A model generated the notes under the pieces. That model was not told where the DNA came from, made no database searches, and saw only the letters and a program-made list of their open reading frames with translations. From Halogeometricum borinquense DSM 11551 (GTDB taxonomy: Archaea; Halobacteriota; Halobacteria; Halobacteriales; Haloferacaceae), in assembly GCF_000172995.2 (NCBI RefSeq), contig NC_014731.1, positions 90,001 through 122,000 of the forward strand: a stretch of DNA of 32,000 nt. Direction: 5' to 3'. Of the stretch, positions 7,847 through 15,890 are shown one piece after another; position 1 is the first letter of the stretch; each line of letters begins with the position of its first letter. A program made the translations under genes and the position numbers.

Positions 7847-8839
7847 ATGACCGACACGACATCGAGCGATTCATCCAAGGCAGAATCAGGCGATACATCC
7901 GAGACGGACTCGGACGATTCGTCCGAACCCGACGCCGCCTTCGCGGCGGTGTCGGACCCGACGCGAATCGCCATTCTCCGCGAACTTGGATCCCACGCCC
8001 GTGAGACTGGAGAGGAGACGGTCGGCTTCGCGGCGTTGCGCAAGCGTGCGGGTGTCGAGGATTCCGGACGATTTCGGTACCATCTGAACACCCTCATCGG
8101 CCACTTCGTAGCGAAAGAAGACGACGGCTATCGACTGTCGCACGCCGGATTCGAAATCGTCGCCGCCATCCTCGCCGGACGGTACACCGATCACGAACAG
8201 GTCGGCCCGACCGCAGTTGACGGTGCGTGCAACGTCTGCGGTGCCGAGGCCACCGGTATCTACGAGAACGGCCGACTGGAGGTCACATGCGCGAACGACC
8301 ATCCACTCCTCAGTTGGGCAATCCCGCCGAACGCAGCCACAGACGCCACGGTGAACGACTTGGCGACGTTGGCGACAAGCCTCATTCGCCACGCCATCGA
8401 CCTCGCGCTGCAGGGTGTCTGTTCGGAGTGCTATGGAACCATGACCACTCGGATTACGTCCGGCAAACGCGACGAAGACGGGAGCAATCGAAGGGACGAG
8501 GGAAGTGAGGACGGGAGCGGTGGCGACGGAGACAGCGATACGAGTGACAAGCGGACGACCCCGGTTTTTCGGGGTGACTGCGAGATGTGCGGCGCTTCGT
8601 TAGTCGGCCCGGCGTGGTTCGCGCTCACCGTTCACCCGACAGTAGACGCATTCTACCACGACCACGGGGTAGCGGTCCGAGATGCCCTTCTTTGGGAGTT
8701 AGGCCACGTCGAGTACGATACGAAACCTGTGCGAGACGACGACAGTGTGGTCATCTCGATCGTCCTCGACGACGAACGGCTCGACGTGACGCTCTCGGAA
8801 TCGGGGCACGTACTCGAAACGGATGTTGGACCGGCGTGA
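7847..8839 (+). CDS. ArsR-like winged-helix regulator with Cys-rich C-terminal domain
   Basis: ATG at 7847 (MTDTTSSD...). VSDPTRIAILRELG...FRYHLNTLIGHFV is an ArsR-type wHTH. The C-terminal part carries three CxxC motifs (CNVCG, CSECYG, CEMCG). Confidence 0.75.
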   Translation: MTDTTSSDSSKAESGDTSETDSDDSSEPDAAFAAVSDPTRIAILRELGSHARETGEETVGFAALRKRAGVEDSGRFRYHLNTLIGHFVAKEDDGYRLSHAGFEIVAAILAGRYTDHEQVGPTAVDGACNVCGAEATGIYENGRLEVTCANDHPLLSWAIPPNAATDATVNDLATLATSLIRHAIDLALQGVCSECYGTMTTRITSGKRDEDGSNRRDEGSEDGSGGDGDSDTSDKRTTPVFRGDCEMCGASLVGPAWFALTVHPTVDAFYHDHGVAVRDALLWELGHVEYDTKPVRDDDSVVISIVLDDERLDVTLSESGHVLETDVGPA

Positions 8840-8896
8840 AAGGAGCAAGACGGTCTGGCATTCTCAACGACGTTCGGCGAGCGAGCGACAAACTCG

Positions 8897-9406
8897 CTAC
8901 CAGTAGTACCAAATGGCCAGAAGAACGGCCGTAAATACCACGAGACTGAACCCGTGTTTGAACACTCGTCGCCACAGATATCGTCGAAATGCGTCGATTC
9001 CTTGGTCCGTGATTGCGAACGGAACCCCGTCGCCGCCGCGTAGGACGCGCTTACCGTCCTCAACGTCGAGATGACCGAGCACCGTTATCATATCGTCGTC
9101 TCGAACGGAAATCGAATCGGGATGGTAGTCGTCGTATCTCTCGGCGTCGATGTTCTCGAAGCAGTCCGGGACCTGGTCGAAGGTTCGCGTCGTCTCGTCG
9201 GCGGTCAACTGGAGGGCGGGAGATTCCCAAACCCAGTGCCTGAAGCGAGCCGATTCGATCCCGAGCCACCCTCCCATCTCGACGGGGAACGAGACGGTGT
9301 TGTACTGCTTCCGGAGCCACGATGGGTCCACGTGGATCGATTCGGTCCCGTTACGGACGCTGAACTGTCCCCATTTCGCACACGGGGGTAGTTCATCCGA
9401 AACCAC
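8897..9406 (-). CDS. hypothetical protein with C-terminal TM anchor (169 aa)
   Basis: GTG at 9406 is preceded by GGAGG (9420-9416), which overlaps the TAG of the upstream gene. The C-terminus is FSLVVFTAVLLAIWYYW. The upstream part of the 251-aa track ORF overlaps gene 9420-9743 out of frame and is Arg/Ser-rich junk. Confidence 0.5.
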   Translation of the reverse strand: MVSDELPPCAKWGQFSVRNGTESIHVDPSWLRKQYNTVSFPVEMGGWLGIESARFRHWVWESPALQLTADETTRTFDQVPDCFENIDAERYDDYHPDSISVRDDDMITVLGHLDVEDGKRVLRGGDGVPFAITDQGIDAFRRYLWRRVFKHGFSLVVFTAVLLAIWYYW

Positions 9407-9419
9407 GCCAGATACCCTC

Positions 9420-9743
9420 CTACTCGTCGGGATTGACTGGGCTCTTATACTTGGATTTGATTTTGTCTCCCTCCCGCCACTGCCAGTAGTAGTAGCGATT
9501 GTCGTTGATCTCCCTGATCGTGATCGTCGCTTTGGCAGGGACGTCGTTCGGGAGGTCGTCTGGTCGCTCTTCGACCTCTTCTTGATCTTCCGACTCCTCG
9601 AGACGGGCCTCTCGTTCCTTGTGCTCGGCGAGCGCTTCAGCGTACGTCGCAACGTCTCGGAGGTGCTCCAGGTCCGATTCGTTGAGCGTGTTGACTATCT
9701 CTGTCGGGAGGTTCGCCGGTGGGGTCGGGGGTTCGTAGGACAT
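9420..9743 (-). CDS. small acidic protein with C-terminal RYYYWQWREGDKxKSKY motif (DUF6788-like beta-hairpin)
   Basis: ATG at 9743. The acidic helical N-terminus is LRDVATYAEALAEHKEREARLEE. The C-terminus ITIREINDNRYYYWQWREGDKIKSKYKSPV resembles a family I associate with haloarchaeal plasmid and provirus regions. Confidence 0.65.
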   Translation of the reverse strand: MSYEPPTPPANLPTEIVNTLNESDLEHLRDVATYAEALAEHKEREARLEESEDQEEVEERPDDLPNDVPAKATITIREINDNRYYYWQWREGDKIKSKYKSPVNPDE

Positions 9744-9757
9744 CGGCTACTCTCGAG

Positions 9758-9799
9758 TTAACCAACGGGGGCCCGCGAATCCATAGTTTTGTTGGTTAA
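9758..9799. repeat. 42-bp palindromic module copy 1: TTAACCAAC-N24-GTTGGTTAA
   Basis: Read directly. Arms are at 9758-9766 and 9791-9799, with the 24-nt spacer GGGGGCCCGCGAATCCATAGTTTT. It lies between divergent starts 9743 (-) and 9883 (+). Confidence 0.95.
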
Positions 9800-9851
9800 G
9801 ACGATAAAGACGGCTCCTGTGCTTGCTGAATGTAACACTGCTCGAAACTTC

Positions 9852-9859
9852 TTTATATA
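9852..9859 (+). promoter_or_regulatory. TATA box (TTTATATA) for a leaderless or near-leaderless transcript starting at GTG 9883
   Basis: TTTATATA is centred about 27 nt upstream of GTG 9883, the canonical haloarchaeal TATA-to-TSS distance. Confidence 0.45.
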
Positions 9860-9882
9860 CAAGTTTCGTACTATGTTACACC

Positions 9883-10806
9883 GTGCTCCGGCGCATCGAA
9901 CTGGAGGTCCTTGCTACGGTCGACCGTGGCGACACGATCTCCGAACTCGCGACGAAGCTCGATCACAGCGAGAGCTACCTCTCCCGTGCCGTCGCCGACC
10001 TCGTTGAGAAGGGGCTCGTCTACACGGAACGCGACGGCCGGCGAAAACGAGTCGTCCCCTCGGATGCTCGTGCCGTCGAACGCTACCAGGACCTCGTTCG
10101 CCAGCACTCCCACATCGACTTCCCCGAGCTACTGACCGGCAAGGCACTCGAGGTGCTGTACTACCTCGACCAGCCGCGAACTGTCTCCGAGATTGCCGAC
10201 CGGAGCGACAACTACCGCAATACGGTCAACCGCGTTCTCAAGCGGTTTCGCGACCGTGGGCTCGTCGGGTCGGCCGACGGCCACTACGAGTTCAACGCCG
10301 ATTTCGACCGTCTCCACGAGTTCGCACGTGAACTCGCACATCATCTGCATCGCCAGCGCCTCGAAGCCGTCGCCCCGAAGGGGACGATTCTCTGGGAGGA
10401 CTACGACGAATTCCTCGCGCAGGCCGAGACAGAGATCGACGCAGAGGGGTTCCACGAAACCGGCCTCGCTCGATTCGCGGCCTTCGACCTCCAGTTCCTG
10501 CTCACCGGCCACCGCTACTACGTCTACTCCGAAGACCTCGACGCAGTCTCGCCGGCGGAACTCTGCTGTCACACGCTGCTGATCGACGACGGCAGTCGCC
10601 ACCGCTCGTACTGTCTCCTCCTGCTCAGCCACGTCGACGTCGACGAGGCGGACCTCCGAGCGCAGGCGGCGAAGTATGGCCTCGAAGACGAAATCGACGC
10701 CTTGCTCCGCTACCTCGAGACGCACGGCGAGGTCGACGACGACCGGCTCCCGGAGTGGGACGAGTTCCAGGAGTTGGCGGCTGACTACGAGGTGCCACTA
10801 CCATAA
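9883..10806 (+). CDS. tandem winged-helix (MarR/TrmB-like) regulator with C-terminal domain; AbiEi-like candidate
   Basis: There are two wHTH repeats (RIELEVLATVDRGDTISELATKLDHSESYLSRAVADLVEKGLV and ALEVLYYLDQPRTVSEIADRSDNYRNTVNRVLKRFRDRGLV) and a C-terminal domain of about 150 aa. The stop overlaps the start of the NTase gene (TAATG at 10804-10808). GTG 9883 is preferred to TTG 9823. Confidence 0.75.
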   Translation: MLRRIELEVLATVDRGDTISELATKLDHSESYLSRAVADLVEKGLVYTERDGRRKRVVPSDARAVERYQDLVRQHSHIDFPELLTGKALEVLYYLDQPRTVSEIADRSDNYRNTVNRVLKRFRDRGLVGSADGHYEFNADFDRLHEFARELAHHLHRQRLEAVAPKGTILWEDYDEFLAQAETEIDAEGFHETGLARFAAFDLQFLLTGHRYYVYSEDLDAVSPAELCCHTLLIDDGSRHRSYCLLLLSHVDVDEADLRAQAAKYGLEDEIDALLRYLETHGEVDDDRLPEWDEFQELAADYEVPLP

Positions 10807-11609
10807 TGAGACCAACATTCGGACGCGAGTACATCGAGAACGAATTCCAGCGCATCGGGGATGGCCTCTCAGCCCCGCTCACGGTCTACCTGATTGGTGG
10901 TGGCGCAATGTCGCTGCGCGACCTCAAGGGGGCGACGAAAGACATTGATCTGGTCGTCCCGGATGGCGACGCGTACGGCCAGCTGTGGGCGGTCCTGATG
11001 GACCTCGGGTATGCGGAGGTTCAATCGCTGGATCCAGATTACCGGGCGCTGGGGGCGACGAGCTGCGTCGAGAACGACGATGGGTGTCGCCTCGACATCT
11101 TCAACCAGCAGGTCGCGAACAAGCTCGTGCTCACCGACGGGATGCAAGAGCGCAGCGAGCCGTTCCTTGACACAGATCGACTGACGGTCCGGCTGGTCAG
11201 CAACGAGGATATCTTCCTGTTCAAGGCGATCGCCGGCCGCGACGACGACATCGAGGACATGAATATGCTCGTGCAGGCCGGCCTCGATTACGACGTCGTC
11301 CGGGATGAACTCGAAGCCCAGATCAAACGCCTGGGTGACGATCAGTTCGCCACGTTCGCGAACGAGGCCTTGGTCGAACTCGAGGAGCGATACGGGGTGA
11401 CCACGCCGATCGAGGGGCGCGTCCAGGAGCTCACGAATCGGTACTACCGGGGGCTCGAAGTCCTCCAGGCACTCGACGAGTCGATGACCGTCGACGAACT
11501 GGCCGCCGAACTGGAGCTGGATACTGACGAGGTTCACGACCGGCTCGCGTATCTCTCAACGTTCGACCGGGTCCGTCGAGATGGCGACACAGTCCGTCCC
11601 GTGGAGTAG
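10806..11609 (+). CDS. nucleotidyltransferase-fold protein (DUF6036 / AbiEii-like) with C-terminal wHTH-like tail
   Basis: LIGGGAMSLRDLKGATKDIDLVV fits the minimal NTase motif G[GS]-x9-13-D-h-[DE]-h, and a third acidic residue lies in CRLDIF. The C-terminus MTVDELAAELELDTDEVHDRLAYL is HTH-like. Confidence 0.8.
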   Translation: MRPTFGREYIENEFQRIGDGLSAPLTVYLIGGGAMSLRDLKGATKDIDLVVPDGDAYGQLWAVLMDLGYAEVQSLDPDYRALGATSCVENDDGCRLDIFNQQVANKLVLTDGMQERSEPFLDTDRLTVRLVSNEDIFLFKAIAGRDDDIEDMNMLVQAGLDYDVVRDELEAQIKRLGDDQFATFANEALVELEERYGVTTPIEGRVQELTNRYYRGLEVLQALDESMTVDELAAELELDTDEVHDRLAYLSTFDRVRRDGDTVRPVE

Positions 11610-11622
11610 CTCAGTCGTTACC

Positions 11623-12261
11623 CTACGGAGAGGGAAGGCGGCCGTCTGGTCGGGGTACACGGCCCCGTTTGATCTCGTGATCAACGCGACGCAAGTGTTT
11701 GCAGCCGCCTTCGGGTGAGCGTTGCTGCCAGTCGGGACAGGTACACGATTCGTCGATGACATCGACTTCGTACCTGTTGCCGGACGCGGACTGCACCTCG
11801 TAGCGGCCACCTTTCGAGAGGAGCGAGACATCCATCGCTTCGGCGACGGCACGCTTCGTGCGGGGCTCGAGATCGTCCTGCGACTCTGCGTTCTCGTCGA
11901 CGACCAGTCGGTCGCGAACGTCGCCCGTTCGGCCACCGTCGGGAGCGACGGCTTCCGCAGGGCCACTGAGCCGCTCGTGGAGTACTTCCTCCACCGGATG
12001 GCCTTCCGGCCACAGGTAGTGGACTTCGCGGCGCTCGCGATGGTCGTAGGAGCCGCACGCCGCTGCGCTCCCGGTCCAGACTCGCCAGGCACCCAGCGCG
12101 GCCATCACGTCGACGATGTCACGGGGAACCGTCTGGTGGTCGTCCGGGAAGAACACCCGGAAGCGGGTACACGCTTCTTGCGGCGGGACGGTCTCCCACC
12201 AGTCTTCGCTGGAGCCCCAGCTGTCGCACATCGCCTCGTCGCTCCCGTAGCCGACGGTCAC
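11623..12261 (-). CDS. SWIM zinc-finger domain protein
   Basis: CTCPDWQQRSPEGGCKH matches the SWIM CxCxnCxH signature near the C-terminus. Start is GTG at 12261, with an alternative ATG at 12231. It is convergent with the NTase gene across a 13-bp gap. Confidence 0.8.
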   Translation of the reverse strand: MTVGYGSDEAMCDSWGSSEDWWETVPPQEACTRFRVFFPDDHQTVPRDIVDVMAALGAWRVWTGSAAACGSYDHRERREVHYLWPEGHPVEEVLHERLSGPAEAVAPDGGRTGDVRDRLVVDENAESQDDLEPRTKRAVAEAMDVSLLSKGGRYEVQSASGNRYEVDVIDESCTCPDWQQRSPEGGCKHLRRVDHEIKRGRVPRPDGRLPSP

Positions 12262-12276
12262 GCCGTCGATCGGCGT

Positions 12277-12438
12277 TCAGCCCGTCGGGAGGTGGTCTGC
12301 CTGTCCCTCGAGTATCCGGAGGACGGCGTATCGAAGGTATTCGTGGGCTTGGTTGTCTATCGTTCGGGCGACCTGCTCGTGCTGCTCGGCGACGTGCTCG
12401 GCTTCCCTGAGGACCGTCGTGAGATAGGGTTCAGTCAT
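12277..12438 (-). CDS. hypothetical small helical protein (53 aa)
   Basis: ATG at 12438 (MTEPYLTTVLREAEHVAEQHEQVARTIDNQAHEYLRYAVLRILEGQ...). It ends 15 nt upstream of the SWIM gene start. Confidence 0.45.
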   Translation of the reverse strand: MTEPYLTTVLREAEHVAEQHEQVARTIDNQAHEYLRYAVLRILEGQADHLPTG

Positions 12439-12490
12439 TATTCGACGGAGGTCAGAACGCGCCTCCGCCCCTCTGGGGGCGCTGAAAAAA

Positions 12491-12532
12491 TTAACCAACA
12501 GAACGGAAGGAATCCATCACCATGTTGGTTAA
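12491..12532. repeat. 42-bp palindromic module copy 2: TTAACCAAC-N24-GTTGGTTAA
   Basis: Arms are at 12491-12499 and 12524-12532, extendable to 10 bp (TTAACCAACA/TGTTGGTTAA). The spacer is AGAACGGAAGGAATCCATCACCAT. GC-rich hairpins flank it at 12466-12481 and 12539-12558. Confidence 0.95.
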
Positions 12533-12861
12533 CTGAGTGAGGACGAGGACTCGTCCTCCAGAACGTCGATGAGTTCTTTTGCCGTTCGACTAACCACTCT
12601 TCGGGGTCGATCTCTGCTTGCTCGATCTCGTTGAGGTCAACCGACATTGATCCGGTTCACCTCAAGCTGTTGGGTACGCAGGTTCATTTTGAATCACTAA
12701 AATTGCGTCACAGGCCTGTTGGGACGCCTGCACCCCTGACTGGCGAAAAACAACTTGTACACCCACTATGACGACCTCTCCTACACCGGTCTCGAAGGCA
12801 GGAGCAACACCCACTGCCAGTAAGCAGTAACTGATTTGGCGGTTGTCTGTCTTTTCCAAAT

Positions 12862-13722
12862 ATGAACGGTCGGCATACCGCGACCGCCCTCCTGAGCGTC
12901 ATCCGACTTGAGTTCCGCCGACACCGCCGCTCGCGCGGCACAGTCGGGACGCTCACTGGCCTCGCACTGTTCTGTTCCTTCTGGAGCCTCCATAACCTCT
13001 CCATCTCAGCGTATCCGCCGGATGCGTCGCTGGTGAACGACGGCGTGTTCTCCGTCGTCGCCCCCGGTCAGGATCTCCTGTTGCTTGATGTCGCTACTTC
13101 AGTCTTCGTCGGCCCGTTGTTGCTCTGTACTGGCGTCCTCCTCGGCGTGGGCACCGTCACGACGCCGCGTGTCGAGGGCACGCTCCGGACGGTCCAGACC
13201 TTCCCGTACGGCCGTCGGAGCGTGTTTCTTGGTCTGGTCTTTTCACGGATCGCAGTCGTTGCAGTTGTCATTGCCGTCCTTATGATCTGTACCGTCGTCG
13301 TCGCGTCCCTCTCCGGGGTTCGACTCTCTCCGATGGTGGTGTTTGGCTTCGCCGGTCTCCTGACACTCCACGTGGCTGGTGGCGTCGCCGTCGGCGCGAT
13401 GCTCTCGACGCTCCGGAGCCAGCCCATCGTGGTATATCTGCTCGGAGTTGTCGCTGCCGTCGGCCTGCTGGTCTTCGGTGGTCTTCTCTCCTCGCAGTTC
13501 CTGCCGGCCGGTGTAGTCGCACCGCGGACCGCCTTCCACGTCGCACTGGCTGGCCTACACGAGAACTGGACGGCACTCTTCCAGCAGGCGCTGGCAGACA
13601 CGACGGGTGACATTCGACCGCTGTTCGGCTCCACGGCGGCCGGAATACTCGTGTTGTGTGCATGGGTGCTGGTACCAACAGTGCTCGGCGCAGTCAGTTA
13701 CGAACGGGGGGACCTCCACTGA
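12862..13722 (+). CDS. ABC-2 type transporter permease
   Basis: ATG at 12862. Six or more hydrophobic helices. The stop overlaps the ATPase start (TGATG at 13720-13724). Confidence 0.8.
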   Translation: MNGRHTATALLSVIRLEFRRHRRSRGTVGTLTGLALFCSFWSLHNLSISAYPPDASLVNDGVFSVVAPGQDLLLLDVATSVFVGPLLLCTGVLLGVGTVTTPRVEGTLRTVQTFPYGRRSVFLGLVFSRIAVVAVVIAVLMICTVVVASLSGVRLSPMVVFGFAGLLTLHVAGGVAVGAMLSTLRSQPIVVYLLGVVAAVGLLVFGGLLSSQFLPAGVVAPRTAFHVALAGLHENWTALFQQALADTTGDIRPLFGSTAAGILVLCAWVLVPTVLGAVSYERGDLH

Positions 13723-14654
13723 TGACGGACGCACCCAACCACGGTACACCCGCAGTTGTGACCGATGGATTCACCAAGCGGTTCGGCTCCGTCACAGCCG
13801 TCAAGGAGCTCAGAATGACGGTGCCGGCTGGATCGGTGTACGGCCTGCTTGGTCCGAACGGGGCGGGAAAATCGACGACGATCGACGCGCTTGTCGGACT
13901 CGTCCACGCCACAGAGGGAACAGTCCGTGTCCTCGGGTTGGACATCCGGACCTCACCGGTCGAGATCCGCCGACGAACCGGTATCCTGCCGGACGGCTTC
14001 ACCCCGTACGAGCGCCTGACTGGTCGGGAACACCTCGATGCCGCCGCCTGCGCGAACGGCGTGACGGTCGATACGGACGAGGCGCTGGCACGGGTCGGAC
14101 TCGCCGACGCCGCCGACCGCACCGCTGGCGGCTACTCGCGCGGAATGAGCCAGCGGCTGGGGCTGGCGATGGCGCTCGTCGGCGCGCCTGACCTGCTCGT
14201 GCTCGACGAACCGGCGGCTGGACTTGATCCACACGGGATCAAGTTGTTGCGACGCATCATCCGCGAGGAACACGCCCGCGGCGCGACCGTCCTGCTCTCG
14301 ACACACCAACTTGCACAGGTCGAAGCAGTCTGCGACACGGTCGGAATCATCGACGATGGACAGCTTGTCGCGGAGGACTCCGCAGAGGCCCTCCGGCGCA
14401 CCGTTGGGACCGAGACGACGCTCCGCATCCGGCTGGCCGGGTCACTCGACCGGGCCAGCGATCTCCTGCATGATCTCGACGGCGTGGCTGGGGTGACGGC
14501 CGAAGGCGGCGCGCTCATTGTGCGGTGTGACGCTGAACAAGACACCGCCGGCGTCATCGCCGAACTCGAACGCTCCGACGTGACGCTCGAATCGTACGAG
14601 AAATCCCACCCCGGTCTCGAACAGGTGTTCGAGGCCTACACCGACGAACGGTGA
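13722..14654 (+). CDS. ABC transporter ATP-binding protein
   Basis: Walker A is GPNGAGKST, the signature is YSRGMSQRL, and Walker B is LLVLDEP. I prefer ATG at 13722 (MTDAPNHG...) to the upstream track start. Confidence 0.95.
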   Translation: MTDAPNHGTPAVVTDGFTKRFGSVTAVKELRMTVPAGSVYGLLGPNGAGKSTTIDALVGLVHATEGTVRVLGLDIRTSPVEIRRRTGILPDGFTPYERLTGREHLDAAACANGVTVDTDEALARVGLADAADRTAGGYSRGMSQRLGLAMALVGAPDLLVLDEPAAGLDPHGIKLLRRIIREEHARGATVLLSTHQLAQVEAVCDTVGIIDDGQLVAEDSAEALRRTVGTETTLRIRLAGSLDRASDLLHDLDGVAGVTAEGGALIVRCDAEQDTAGVIAELERSDVTLESYEKSHPGLEQVFEAYTDER

Positions 14655-15514
14655 CGGGCCGTTCGTCGCTTCGTCGGCTAGCGGTTCAGACGGGTCGCGT
14701 CGCCCGACAGGAACTCCTGTGGCTCCGGCGTAGCTGGACCGTGCCCGCTGTCGCCGTCCTGTTCACTCTCGCGGTCGTGAGTGTCGTTCGGCGGGCCGAC
14801 CCGCCCAGTCCGGGTGAACAGCCACTCACGCTCCTTGCGCTGGTCCCCGACGGCGATCCCCTCTCAACGACCGCAGTCGTTCTGTTCACCCTCGCACGCG
14901 TACTGACACTCTTCCTCCCGCTCGTCGCCGTGGTGCTCGCGGCTGGAGCGCTCGCCGGCGACGCCGAATCAGGACGGCTCCGGACGCTCCAGACGTTCCC
15001 GGTCTCACGTCGCGCGGTTGTCGGTGGGAAACTCCTCGCTCGGTCGGCTGTTGTAGGAAGTGTGGTCGCAGTCGGCCTGGCCGCGGGCGCGTTGGTGTCA
15101 TGGTTCCGATTCGGCACCGTCGATCCGGTCAGTTACGGCCTGTTCCTCCTCGTCTCTGTGGGACTCTCGCTGTCGCTTACTGGGATTACCGTGGCAGTCT
15201 CGACGCTGACTACGGCGCGCTCCCGGGCAATCGCCCTCTCGCTGGGACCGCTTCTCGGCTGCGCGTTCTTCGGAGTTGACCCGGGTGTCCCCACAGTGCT
15301 TCGGACTGGACTGCTCGTTCAACCTTACCAGCTCCTCGTTGCGGGGACCCACTCCCAGCTTGTCGCCATCCCGCGGGTGGTGTCGACTAGCTTCCCGCGG
15401 ACGCAACTCGACGGACTCGCCCTCTCAGACGGAATTTCGCTCTGGGCACTGTGTGCGTGGCCTGTCGTGCTACTCCGGATCTCGGCGGGTCGGTACCGTC
15501 GTCGGGACCTGTAG
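14651..15514 (+). CDS. ABC-2 type transporter permease (second copy)
   Basis: GTG at 14651 overlaps the ATPase stop (GTGA). It is multi-TM and shares LRTLQTFP with permease 1 (LRTVQTFP). Confidence 0.8.
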   Translation: MTGRSSLRRLAVQTGRVARQELLWLRRSWTVPAVAVLFTLAVVSVVRRADPPSPGEQPLTLLALVPDGDPLSTTAVVLFTLARVLTLFLPLVAVVLAAGALAGDAESGRLRTLQTFPVSRRAVVGGKLLARSAVVGSVVAVGLAAGALVSWFRFGTVDPVSYGLFLLVSVGLSLSLTGITVAVSTLTTARSRAIALSLGPLLGCAFFGVDPGVPTVLRTGLLVQPYQLLVAGTHSQLVAIPRVVSTSFPRTQLDGLALSDGISLWALCAWPVVLLRISAGRYRRRDL

Positions 15515-15890
15515 AACCCTTGTGGTCTCCCCAACACGCGGAGCCCGCGTCGAACGACTTGGTCGGTGTTTACAACGACCACTCTACGAATGGTCGGTCG
15601 CGAGCGACGCGGAGGGCGGCAGCGGCGAGCGGGGCGGGCCGCTACGGACACACCTGTCCAGCCGGCTACGTCGCTCGGTGAGCCGTCCACCGCCCTGGCG
15701 GACTCAGAAAGGGCGAGGCCGCCTCGGTCGTCCCCTGACCTCGCAAGCACCGCAGCCACGGGGGGCGCAGCGGCGTCCTCGTGAGCGCAGCGAACGAGGG
15801 CCAGCGAGACTCCGTCTCGCGCGGTCGCGGGACGTCGAGCGGCCGAGGGCTTTCGAGTGTTCTCTTCACCCGAATCAGACTGGCAATCAG

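Noticed and set aside
10129-12540. Long antisense ORFs 10129-10725 (-), 10869-11537 (-) and 11722-12540 (+)
   Set aside because: Each lies opposite a gene with recognisable motifs (wHTH, NTase, SWIM), and their translations are Val/Arg/Glu-rich with no motifs.
12438-12647. 69-aa ORF as a confident gene
   Set aside because: The TAATG overlap with the downstream gene is suggestive. However, the C-terminal half runs through palindrome copy 2 with poor third-position GC and odd composition (FLPFCWLIF), so I did not list it as a feature.
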